DNA of 64,000 bases. Origin: Candidatus Poribacteria bacterium (GTDB taxonomy: Bacteria; Poribacteria; WGA-4E; WGA-3G). Location: contig JAAXHD010000056.1 of assembly GCA_012271015.1 (NCBI GenBank), positions 10,115 through 74,114 of the forward strand. The letters are read 5' to 3'. A program made the position numbers and the translations under genes. The notes beneath the pieces were generated by a model. That model had not been told where the DNA came from and made no database searches. It saw nothing but the letters and a program-made list of their open reading frames with translations. The first letter of the stretch is position 1. Each line of letters starts with the position of its first letter. Below, piece by piece: positions 38,305-45,891 of the stretch.

Positions 38305-39314
38305 GCGAGTTTCTCCACTGTCGCCATAACTGCATCTGGGGTAATCGCCTCAAGATTCTCGCGTGCGCGATCGGGATATGCGTCCCATTCTTTGGACGAT
38401 AGGGTTTTCATCAACGAACACGCTTTGCGCGCCACCACTGCATGTCTGTCCCACGGCGGTGCCCACTGGATAAGATTAGAGGCTCCAAACAAGGCAACCG
38501 TCGGTGTTTTCACTGCAGTGCTGAGGTGCATCGGTCCCGTATCGTTGCTAATGTATAGATTACACCGTTGCAGAAGTGCCGCAAGTTGCATCGGGGTCGC
38601 TTGATCGACAATCACCGGTGAATGTGCCATCTGCTTTGCAACTTGGTCTGCCAATTCACCTTCCCGTGGTCCAGTCGTGATAATAATATGTGCGCCGTAC
38701 CTTTCATGTAGCCGATCACCAAGAGAGGCAAAATTCGCGACATGCCAGCGGCGGTAAGCCGTCGCGGCACCCGGATTGAGACCGATAATGTATTTGCTAT
38801 CATTGAGCTTCCGGTTTTCAAGAAAATTGTTCACCCACACGATGCTCGCACTATTAACAAATACCTCGGGTTCACTGTCTACGACTTCAACACCCAGTGC
38901 ACGAACGACATCAAGGTAGCGTTGTGTCTCATGCTGCGCCGTGTTATTCGGGACTGCGAGATTCAACAATTTCTTTCCACCGGCGTTCGTTTCAAACCCA
39001 ACACGGAATGGGATTCTGGCAAGAAATGTATGAAGGACGAGACGGAACGTTGGTTGTAGCACAACCGCCATTTGGAATTGATGCCGAGCAATTTGATAGA
39101 TGAGTTTCGGTACTGAAGCCTGATAGGTAAGCACCTCATTCAAATGTGGATTTGCAGAAACTAAATCCTCTCGGGTCGGTGCTACCATGTAAGCGATATA
39201 GGCATCCCGAAAGTGCTGACGTAAGGCACGAATGACAGGCGTTGTTAAAACCGTTTCTCCCAAAGGTGCGAGTCTGATGATTAAGATTCGCTCGATTTGT
39301 TCAGTAGAAAACAT
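38298..39314 (-). CDS. Glycosyltransferase family 9 (LPS heptosyltransferase-like)
   Basis: ILIIRLAPLGETVLTTPVIRALRQHF and SNDTGPMHLSTAVKTPTVALFG. Confidence 0.8.
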   Translation of the reverse strand: MFSTEQIERILIIRLAPLGETVLTTPVIRALRQHFRDAYIAYMVAPTREDLVSANPHLNEVLTYQASVPKLIYQIARHQFQMAVVLQPTFRLVLHTFLARIPFRVGFETNAGGKKLLNLAVPNNTAQHETQRYLDVVRALGVEVVDSEPEVFVNSASIVWVNNFLENRKLNDSKYIIGLNPGAATAYRRWHVANFASLGDRLHERYGAHIIITTGPREGELADQVAKQMAHSPVIVDQATPMQLAALLQRCNLYISNDTGPMHLSTAVKTPTVALFGASNLIQWAPPWDRHAVVARKACSLMKTLSSKEWDAYPDRARENLEAITPDAVMATVEKLAW

Positions 39315-39388
39315 CTTAGTAAGAAATCGCGAGCAGGAGCTCGCTCCTACAGAAGGAGTGAATGCCCTTATCTCCTTTAAACTGCCTC

Positions 39389-39417
39389 TTGCTAAATTCC
39401 ACGAGTGACAGTATAAT
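39389..39417 (+). promoter_or_regulatory. Sigma70-like promoter, TTGCTA-17-TATAAT
   Basis: -35 TTGCTA at 39389-39394, a 17-nt spacer, and a perfect -10 TATAAT at 39412-39417. It lies 26 nt upstream of ATG 39443. Confidence 0.55.
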
Positions 39418-39442
39418 ACCGTAAAATCTATTGGATATCAAG

Positions 39443-39757
39443 ATGTATTCCCGTCTCCAAAGCTTAAAAGAAAAATATCTACGCGGTATTGTCAACGAGT
39501 CTGAGGTTCGGTTGGAGAAACGCATCACTTCTGAAAGTGAAGCACAAGGGAAACGTATTACGGATTTACGGGAGCGCATAAACTTCCAAGGCCATCTAAT
39601 CATTGCTTTAATCGTCGCCATTATCGGTTTTGTTGCTGTGCCGTTGAGTTTCCTTGTTTATCAATATAACAAACAACGCGACCGACAGCGAGAAGAAATC
39701 CAGGCACTCCGACGGAGAATAGAGGAACTCGAACGGAAGCCAATCATCCAGGCTTAA
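39443..39757 (+). CDS. Small coiled-coil protein with one TM helix, hypothetical
   Basis: MYSRLQSLKEKYLRG..., TM helix LIIALIVAIIGFVAVPLSFLVY, then REEIQALRRRIEELERK. The track start is TTG 39431. Confidence 0.5.
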   Translation: MYSRLQSLKEKYLRGIVNESEVRLEKRITSESEAQGKRITDLRERINFQGHLIIALIVAIIGFVAVPLSFLVYQYNKQRDRQREEIQALRRRIEELERKPIIQA

Positions 39758-39763
39758 CCGATA

Positions 39764-41101
39764 GTGCAATCGTTGGCGAGGGTTGAAGGGTTCCGCAACG
39801 CAAAAAACATGGACAATATTACTAAAATTGTAAACGATTTCGGTGAAAGCATTGTTCGGGTAGACGGAGATATTCCTGTTGACCTTCCAGCAAAAGAGGG
39901 CGACAGATTCCTATTCATAAGTTATGACCAGAGTTTCTTAACGCACGGCTTGCACAAGTATCCTGCCAAGTTTTTTCCAGAATTACCCCGTTGGCTCATC
40001 AAACGGTATTCTCAAGAAAACGAGCGGATTCTCGATCCTTTTGCGGGGAGCGGCACTACAAATGTTGAGGCTCTCCTCTCAAAGCGTTACTCTGTTGGAA
40101 TTGATGTCGATCCATTTTCCCGTTTTATTTCAAAGGTGAAGGTAACGCCTTTGGCGGAGAAAGAACTCAAGTTAGCTCAAAAAGTCCTTTTGGAAGCTAT
40201 TTCTCACTACCGCCCCTCACAAGTTGCCCAATGCGATTTACCAGACTTCCCTTATAGAGACAATTGGTTCAATAAAGAGATTCTCTTGGAGTTGAGCTAC
40301 TTAAGAAAGCAGATTCAGTCCCTTGATAGCAACGATAAAATCAAAGACTTTTTCAAAGTCTGTCTCTCCTCTATCATCCGCTCTGTTTCTAACGCTGATA
40401 ATAATTGCACCCGAACCGTAATCCGAAAGAAATTGAATAAAGTAGTTAATCCGAACGATGCTTTGAAGCGGTTCATGAAAGCATTGGAAGTCAAAGTTCC
40501 CAAAATGATAGAATTTTCCCGAAACTGTCCATCTGACATAACCGCTGAATTCCCAACGGACATGGATGCGAGAAACATTAAATACGGGGCAAATTACTTT
40601 GATTTAGCCTTAACTTCACCACCTTATGTCAATGCCGTTGATTATCCAAGAACTCACCAATTAGAAATGTATTGGCTTGGCTTTGCCCAGGAATCATTAC
40701 TTGCTTTGAAAAAACTGAATGTCGGAACAGAAAGCGTATCAGCCTTGCATTACAAGATTGAACACAAAATAGGCGTTCCAGAAGCAGACAGAGTGATAGT
40801 AAAGATTTTTAAGGAGGACCCAAGACGCGCATTCATAGCTTTCAAATATTTAGATGACATGCGGAAAAACCTGATTGAGGTTTATCAAGTCCTGCGTGAA
40901 GGTGGTAGGTACATTATCGTTGTAGGTAATAATCGTATCCGAGGACAGTTATTTGAGAACTGGAAGTATCTCATGCCAATCGCTGAAAATATTGGGTTTG
41001 AAGTTGAAACTTATTTCGGTTCGGAGATTATCAAACATTTTATTAAAGTCCCCAGAGGAGAACGTATCAACACTGATTGGGTTTTAGTCTTGAGAAAATG
41101 A
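39764..41101 (+). CDS. Site-specific DNA methyltransferase (N4-C/N6-A type, AdoMet motif before SPPY motif)
   Basis: HKYPAKFFPELPRWLIKRYSQENERILDPFAGSGTTNVEA (motif I, nt 40034-40060) and LALTSPPYVNAVDY (motif IV, nt 40613-40627). GTG start at 39764 or ATG at 39809. Confidence 0.75.
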   Translation: MQSLARVEGFRNAKNMDNITKIVNDFGESIVRVDGDIPVDLPAKEGDRFLFISYDQSFLTHGLHKYPAKFFPELPRWLIKRYSQENERILDPFAGSGTTNVEALLSKRYSVGIDVDPFSRFISKVKVTPLAEKELKLAQKVLLEAISHYRPSQVAQCDLPDFPYRDNWFNKEILLELSYLRKQIQSLDSNDKIKDFFKVCLSSIIRSVSNADNNCTRTVIRKKLNKVVNPNDALKRFMKALEVKVPKMIEFSRNCPSDITAEFPTDMDARNIKYGANYFDLALTSPPYVNAVDYPRTHQLEMYWLGFAQESLLALKKLNVGTESVSALHYKIEHKIGVPEADRVIVKIFKEDPRRAFIAFKYLDDMRKNLIEVYQVLREGGRYIIVVGNNRIRGQLFENWKYLMPIAENIGFEVETYFGSEIIKHFIKVPRGERINTDWVLVLRK

Positions 41102-41119
41102 GGGAACAGAGGCAGAAAC

Positions 41120-41855
41120 ATGCTTAAAATAGAAGAGAGAGGCAGGCTTCAGTAGATGGCTTTGCTCATGAGCATATCGCGGCTGGAATTTTGATGAAAA
41201 GATACCAGAATGTCTCGTTGGTCGATCTACCTTTATCGCCTTATGACATTATTATTGTCCGTAAGACAGCAGATGACAGTGAGGACATAATTCGAGCGCA
41301 AGTCAAAACAGCAAAACAATCGGTGCCCTTTACTGGTGGGGGTAGAGGTGGAGTTGATAGAGAGTACAAATCGGATGTAAAGACTTATACGCAGTCCACT
41401 GCAACCTCAGATGTTGTTATCGGAGTTCATCCAGCAGGCGATAACGCTTTTGAACTCTACTTTGTTCCGACCATTCTCATTGAAGAACTCAATCAACAGA
41501 GTATTTCTATTAACGCCTTGTGCTAATTGACCATGTGTTTTGTTAAATTTCACAGTTGTTGGGTTTTCGTTGTAAATTGGACCTTGATTTCATTTCCTTT
41601 TTGTTCTCATGTAGAGACTTTGGTTTAAAAATGGGGGCAATATGAACCGAAACTGTCAAACTACAAGTGGCAAAGGGTTAACACTGTGAAATCTAAATCT
41701 ACAAAGAGTTAATTAGCACAAGCCGTTCTATTAACAAAATTAGAGATTTGCAGGAAAACTACTTCATTCTGGAAAATTGTAAAAATAAGGAAGTAATAAT
41801 CGACAAATGTAGAGAATATGGGATTCTACCATCAGAAACTCGTTACCTCTTCTAA
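41120..41855 (+). pseudogene. PD-(D/E)xK (Mrr-like D...QxK) nuclease gene, disrupted by a MITE and probably by a 5' frameshift
   Basis: GFAHEHIAAGIL..., YDIIIVRK and IRAQVKT form the nuclease core. The ORF stops at TAA 41524 inside the element. The same frame reopens after the element for 41 codons, to TAA 41853-41855. Confidence 0.6.
41514..41725. mobile_element. 212-bp MITE-like element with 15-bp terminal inverted repeats and a 9-bp target duplication
   Basis: CGCCTTGTGCTAATT (41514-41528) versus AATTAGCACAAGCCG (41711-41725), matching 14/15. Flanking TTCTATTAA at 41505-41513 and 41726-41734. Subterminal ATTTCACAGT is inverted, 33 nt from each end. Confidence 0.7.
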
Positions 41856-41971
41856 AAATATCCCCAGCCACAACGAGGATCTTCCTGACGGTATTGCCGA
41901 AGCATTTATTGAATGGGCAAAGCGTGAAGATTTGAGTTTTTGGAGGTAATATGAGCGCAATCAGCAGTATG

Positions 41972-42340
41972 TTAGCATGCCCTCATGAAAGCGAGAATGA
42001 TGCCCAGAACAGCGAGGCCAGCTGTCATCGTCCATTGGAGCGTCTTGATTCCCGTCTCAATTCGGTCAAGACGTTGCCCTTGGGACCTAACATCGTCGCG
42101 AAGCGCGTTAACATCCGACTTAACGTCCGTAACATCCGACTTGTCGGCTTTCTGGTCTAACTTTTCGGCAACAGACTTGAGCTCTGCCCTAACGTCTTTG
42201 ACATCCGACTTAACGTCCGTAACATCCGACTTGTCGGCCTTTTCGTTTATGACATGATCCACGCGGCCTTCAAGCCGCTCCAATCGGAGTCCTACATCTT
42301 TGAGTGTCTGTAGTAACAATTCGTTGAAGTGATTTGACAT
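41972..42340 (-). CDS. Coiled-coil, C-terminally TM-anchored protein with an internal KADKSDVTDVKSDV repeat
   Basis: SD AGGAGG 8 nt upstream of the ATG. Heptad-like repeats, and a C-terminal TM helix WTMTAGLAVLGIILAFM. Confidence 0.6.
   Translation of the reverse strand: MSNHFNELLLQTLKDVGLRLERLEGRVDHVINEKADKSDVTDVKSDVKDVRAELKSVAEKLDQKADKSDVTDVKSDVNALRDDVRSQGQRLDRIETGIKTLQWTMTAGLAVLGIILAFMRAC
42111..42238. repeat. Two perfect 38-bp direct repeats with 90-bp period (in-frame, coding)
   Basis: ACATCCGACTTAACGTCCGTAACATCCGACTTGTCGGC occurs at 42111-42148 and 42201-42238. Confidence 0.9.
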
Positions 42341-42361
42341 CGGAAACGCCTCCTATAGTGT

Positions 42362-42391
42362 AGGATAACAGAAATGTGTGATGGATGTCAA
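42362..42391 (-). promoter_or_regulatory. Sigma70-like promoter, TTGACA-18-TATCCT, for the coiled-coil gene
   Basis: Minus-sense TTGACA (42391-42386) and TATCCT (42367-42362), about 20 nt upstream of the AGGAGG SD. Confidence 0.5.
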
Positions 42392-42522
42392 GTAATTAAA
42401 GGGGCTATTCAGTTTTTCAATCTGGCAACCGATTTTGAACACCAAACATTGCTGCCTATATTTACCCAAGTTGCTACGGACAAGTTTTTAGGCAGACAGA
42501 TGCCGTTTTTCAGCGAAAATCC

Positions 42523-42651
42523 TTAACGCTCTCTGTAGCTCTTATTGTACTCGTGTAAAGCATTTTCGATATCTGCCTTTAACTCGTAGTGTTTTTTCTC
42601 AGTTGATTCACAAACTTTTTTGTAAATTTCTGTTATGACTCCTGAAAACAT
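42523..42651 (-). CDS. Possible 42-aa small protein
   Basis: MFSGVITEIYKKVCESTEKKHYELKADIENALHEYNKSYRER, with AAGGGGA 8 nt upstream of the ATG. It is below the ORF-track length cutoff and has no other support. Confidence 0.25.
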   Translation of the reverse strand: MFSGVITEIYKKVCESTEKKHYELKADIENALHEYNKSYRER

Positions 42652-42849
42652 TGCCTATCCCCTTGTTCTAATCAGTATCAAGGTGAGTTGAAGGAAAATC
42701 TGTGAAAAATGATATGCGTGCCGGTGGGTGTTCTATTAACAGAACTACTCGTAAGACCAAACTTTTTTGCCTAACATATTCGCTCCCTTTTGCCTTTGTG
42801 AGGGAGAATTTCAAAATCCTTGATTCTATGATTTAGTCAATCGCAATGC

Positions 42850-43167
42850 TCAAGTATAATTCGGATAACCTGTATTTTTCAGACAACGCTTAAGTGCGTT
42901 CAATAGGGTTTGGAACCTATCCAACCGTGGTGCCTCTTCGTTAGAGAGCATATTTAAAAGTGTTTCAGTATCAATACCCGTTCGTTTGGAAAGTTCGGAA
43001 ACTCCACCTTGCGATTCCACAAAAGTCCGGAAGCCCTTTAGAAAGAAGGGCAGATCGCCATCAGCGAGGTATTTCTCCAATGTCAACTGAAGATAATCAA
43101 TCGCTGCCTCGCGGTCGGTGACAAGGTATCCAATAAAGTACTCGTTCCAGTTCCCCATCTCTCTCAT
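42850..43167 (-). CDS. higA: Addiction-module antidote protein (HI1420/HigA-type HTH)
   Basis: DYLQLTLEKYLADGD...GGVSELSKRTGIDTETLLNMLSNEEAPRLDRFQTLLNAL. The ATG overlaps the reconstructed toxin stop as ATGA. Confidence 0.75.
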   Translation of the reverse strand: MREMGNWNEYFIGYLVTDREAAIDYLQLTLEKYLADGDLPFFLKGFRTFVESQGGVSELSKRTGIDTETLLNMLSNEEAPRLDRFQTLLNALKRCLKNTGYPNYT

Positions 43168-43492
43168 CGGCGTGTCCCCTTATATTCTATCAAATATGAT
43201 TTAGCAAATTCAATATCCACTTGTTGTGATTTCTTATCTCCACCACAAAGCAAAAGGACGAGTATATTTCAATTTGACCAAAATAGATGCGATATCCTGG
43301 TCCAAAATGGAGACGCAATTCAAAGACACCTCCACCGACAGATTGGCAATCACCAAAATTGCCATTTTCAAGCCTTGCAAGCCGTTTGTCAATTCTCTGT
43401 TTCGTTATTTTATCTCGGATGGATTCAAACCAGTCAATGAAAGGTTGTCTGCCGTTTGAACAAGAAATTTCGCTGAGAAGACTTAAAACCAT
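43164..43492 (-). pseudogene. higB: Addiction-module killer protein (HI1419/HigB-type, RelE/ParE fold), frameshifted
   Basis: [61 protein letters not shown] reads in one frame. [34 protein letters not shown]-stop reads in the -1 frame. The switch is at the A3 run (plus-strand TTT, 43267-43269). Confidence 0.7.
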
Positions 43493-43584
43493 TGATCGGA
43501 ATCCTTTCTTTGTCGTCTGTTTTCGTATCACTTCTCCAACCCTAAACATCCGTGAAAAATCTGTAAGTTCCTCTCTTGTAAGGG

Positions 43585-44577
43585 CTATTTTGCTTTCAGC
43601 TGTCCCCATTGTGTTGCGATTTTCTCACTCGCCGAAACAGATAGGCTGTTGTGCGGGGTCCAGTCCATCCCCCAATTATCGCTCGGATGAGGTGTGAGAT
43701 TCGTGATCTGCCCATCGCTCAACCGATATTTATAGATTTTGTAAATGTTCCCTAAACCCTTAGGCACTCCCGCAAAGAGCACGGCACCCCCATCATCAGT
43801 CCAGCACACTTTATTGATCTTCCAACCTTTCGGTGTATCCAGCACTTTCAGATGCCGAGTCCTCACATTTACTATAAGAATGGAGTCGGCAGCCCATTTA
43901 TTACCGAGAAACTCTTGTTCACTGTAGAGAATGTATTCACCGTCTGGGGACCATTTTGCAAAACTACTCACCATGATGGAAGTTCCGAAGCGTCCTTTGC
44001 GGAGCCGCCGGAGGAGTGGACGAATATTTCTGCCATTCGCATTCATGGTGTAGACATGTCGTCCCTCCGGTCCTTCGTGTTCAAAAGCAATATACTTCCC
44101 ATCCGGCGACCAGTCAGGATCTGCCGCGAACCCCAAATGCGTTAATTGGCGTACTTCACGGGTCGCTATCTCCATCCGATAGAGTTCCCAACCCCCATTC
44201 CGACTACTTGTAAAGGCAAGCAATTTCCCATCAGGAGACCAGGATGCCCCTCCATCAAGCGCGGGATGTTGTGTGAGATTCTGTTCATCCGTGCCATCCG
44301 CATTTATCAGAAAGATGTCAATCTGTTGCTGTCGGCGATGGTCTTCCGAATTTAGGTCCGGTGCATAGAGAAGCTGCTGCCCATCAGGAGACCACGCCAG
44401 ATCACCCTTTCTAAAGGATGTATCTGTGATTTGGCGAACACTGCTGCCATCATCGTTCATCACATACACATTACTCTTTCCATCCCGGTCAGAGAGGAAG
44501 GCGATATCTGCGACAGACGGCATGCAGACTATCAGAAAGAAACCTGTAACTATCCAAAGTTTCCACATTTTTAACAC
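43585..44577 (-). CDS. Secreted TolB-like PD40 beta-propeller protein with a [11 protein letters not shown]-terminal tail
   Basis: Signal peptide, then repeated SPDG(Q/K) PD40 motifs ([40 protein letters not shown]). Confidence 0.75.
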   Translation of the reverse strand: MLKMWKLWIVTGFFLIVCMPSVADIAFLSDRDGKSNVYVMNDDGSSVRQITDTSFRKGDLAWSPDGQQLLYAPDLNSEDHRRQQQIDIFLINADGTDEQNLTQHPALDGGASWSPDGKLLAFTSSRNGGWELYRMEIATREVRQLTHLGFAADPDWSPDGKYIAFEHEGPEGRHVYTMNANGRNIRPLLRRLRKGRFGTSIMVSSFAKWSPDGEYILYSEQEFLGNKWAADSILIVNVRTRHLKVLDTPKGWKINKVCWTDDGGAVLFAGVPKGLGNIYKIYKYRLSDGQITNLTPHPSDNWGMDWTPHNSLSVSASEKIATQWGQLKAK

Positions 44578-44711
44578 TCCTTTCTAAGACATTTCAGTGA
44601 GTTACACCCTAAAACGCGCTCTGTGTGGGAGGCAAGGTTTCTGCCCCTAATGAGGGCATGAAAAAAGACCTCGCCTGTTTTAAGGAATCCTATAATCTAC
44701 TAAAATAACCT

Positions 44712-45188
44712 CTACTGGTGCCTAAATCCGTATTCTCTACAGATACCCCAGGAGGGATCGCCGGTAACACGAAGCGCAGTATAGGTTTTTAGAATATACT
44801 TTCTATCACGCCGCACATTGTGTAGAGACGCAGACCGTGTCTCAAGATGCCATTCCGTCTCACCTGGCTCCACAGTATGAGGTCCAAACTCACGGGTCGC
44901 ATCAGCAACGATTATGTTATCATTTGCATCGTCTATAACAACGACGTGGCTACATTCATATTTATACTCTACGGCATCGTCAGTCCGATTTTCAATCGTC
45001 ACGCGATGACTGCTTTGTGTATAGGAGTTCATATGGTAACCCAGGTCATACACTTCAACTATGCCCAAGATATTCTCTTGCACACCATTTGACGGGTCGT
45101 CACAGGGATCCGCCCACATGGGAGCGTCTAAACCGAACAGAGCTAACCCCAGAAGGGTTAGGATTTTCATCAAACTCATGGTTCTCAT
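44712..45188 (-). CDS. Secreted hypothetical protein
   Basis: 158 aa with signal peptide MSLMKILTLLGLALFGLDAPMWA. No family recognised. Confidence 0.45.
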   Translation of the reverse strand: MRTMSLMKILTLLGLALFGLDAPMWADPCDDPSNGVQENILGIVEVYDLGYHMNSYTQSSHRVTIENRTDDAVEYKYECSHVVVIDDANDNIIVADATREFGPHTVEPGETEWHLETRSASLHNVRRDRKYILKTYTALRVTGDPSWGICREYGFRHQ

Positions 45189-45341
45189 TTCAACATCTCC
45201 TTTTGACTCGCTCTAAGGAGTCTTCCTTTTCGCGGAAGGTGTGATAATAAATCACATCTCTACTGCTGTGAATACCTCTGCTAAATGCTTCCTTAAACGG
45301 AGACGATCTAAATAAGTTTACCTTAAAAAAAGTCAGAACCC

Positions 45342-45372
45342 AAAAAGCGAGGCACCGTAAGGTGCTTCCTCG
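45342..45372 (-). terminator. Intrinsic terminator (9-bp bulged stem, TTAC loop, T5)
   Basis: Minus-sense CGAG(GAA)GCACC-TTAC-GGTGCCTCG followed by CTTTTTGGG. Confidence 0.55.
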
Positions 45373-45599
45373 GTCCCATCAATACCATTATTGCCTCTAT
45401 AAACATATCATTAGCAAAGGAGAGATCGTCTTCTATAAATGCTTCTGCTTCTTCATCAATAGGTTGTGTGTCCTCGGTTTCAAGGAGTGTTTCCGCTTGT
45501 TCAAAGTCTGCCCAGCAGACTAAGTCAGAAAAAAGTCGTGAATTTCACAGAAAAGTGCTATAATACGCATCGGAGAACTCCTTTTGGTGAAGGTGTGAT
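45373..45599 (-). ncRNA. Candidate small transcript or leader between a strong promoter and the terminator (contains a 16-codon ORF)
   Basis: Promoter TTGTAT-17-TATAAT (45634-45606). SD AAAGGAG 7 nt before ATG 45570. ORF MRIIALFCEIHDFFLT ends at 45520. The terminator lies at 45342-45372. Confidence 0.3.
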
Positions 45600-45788
45600 A
45601 ACTTCATTATACCCAAAGGGTTCTCTTTATACAAAAATACTTCAGTTATTTATCAAATTCACGTTATAGACGCTCCTAAGGCGGTTTAATTGAGACGGAT
45701 AACAAATAGATGGAATAAAATATCGGTGGTGTATGAAGATTTACGGAACTTCTGGTAGATCCTCGTAATCCGACACAAATAGTTGCGG

Positions 45789-45816
45789 TTGACATTTAAC
45801 CATTTTCCAATAAAAT
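45789..45816 (+). promoter_or_regulatory. Sigma70-like promoter, TTGACA-16-TAAAAT, upstream of acs
   Basis: TTGACA at 45789-45794 and TAAAAT at 45811-45816. The acs ATG is at 45892, preceded by AAAGGAGA. Confidence 0.55.
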
Positions 45817-45891
45817 ATGTCCTATACAACTTGTAGAGATGTTTTGAGAGCGTGCTCCAGATTGATCCTATAAAGGAGATAATAACATAAG

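Noticed and set aside
39316-39621. 101-aa minus-strand ORF between the GT9 gene and the methyltransferase operon
   Set aside because: It is antisense to the promoter and the small coiled-coil gene, has no SD, and has implausible composition.
41818-41949. 43-codon ORF (MGFYHQKLVTSSKNIPSHNEDLPDGIAEAFIEWAKREDLSFWR) overlapping the nuclease 3' end
   Set aside because: It is short, has no SD, and opens only 18 nt before its ATG. It could be a gene fragment, but nothing supports calling it.
41951-42160. 69-aa plus-strand ORF with an excellent SD (GGAGG-N5-ATG)
   Set aside because: It is fully antisense to the 122-aa coiled-coil gene, which has its own promoter, its own SD and a coherent heptad/TM architecture. 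The plus-strand translation looks like shadow sequence. I cannot exclude a real antisense gene.
42111-42238. Possible CRISPR-like spacing of identical 38-bp repeats
   Set aside because: There are only two copies. They are in frame within a coding sequence and encode a repeated peptide. No further repeats or cas genes are present.
42731-42740. Third copy of TTCTATTAAC, the 10-mer at the MITE target site
   Set aside because: A single 10-mer match in 128 kb of two-strand sequence has roughly a 10 percent chance expectation. No inverted repeats adjoin it.
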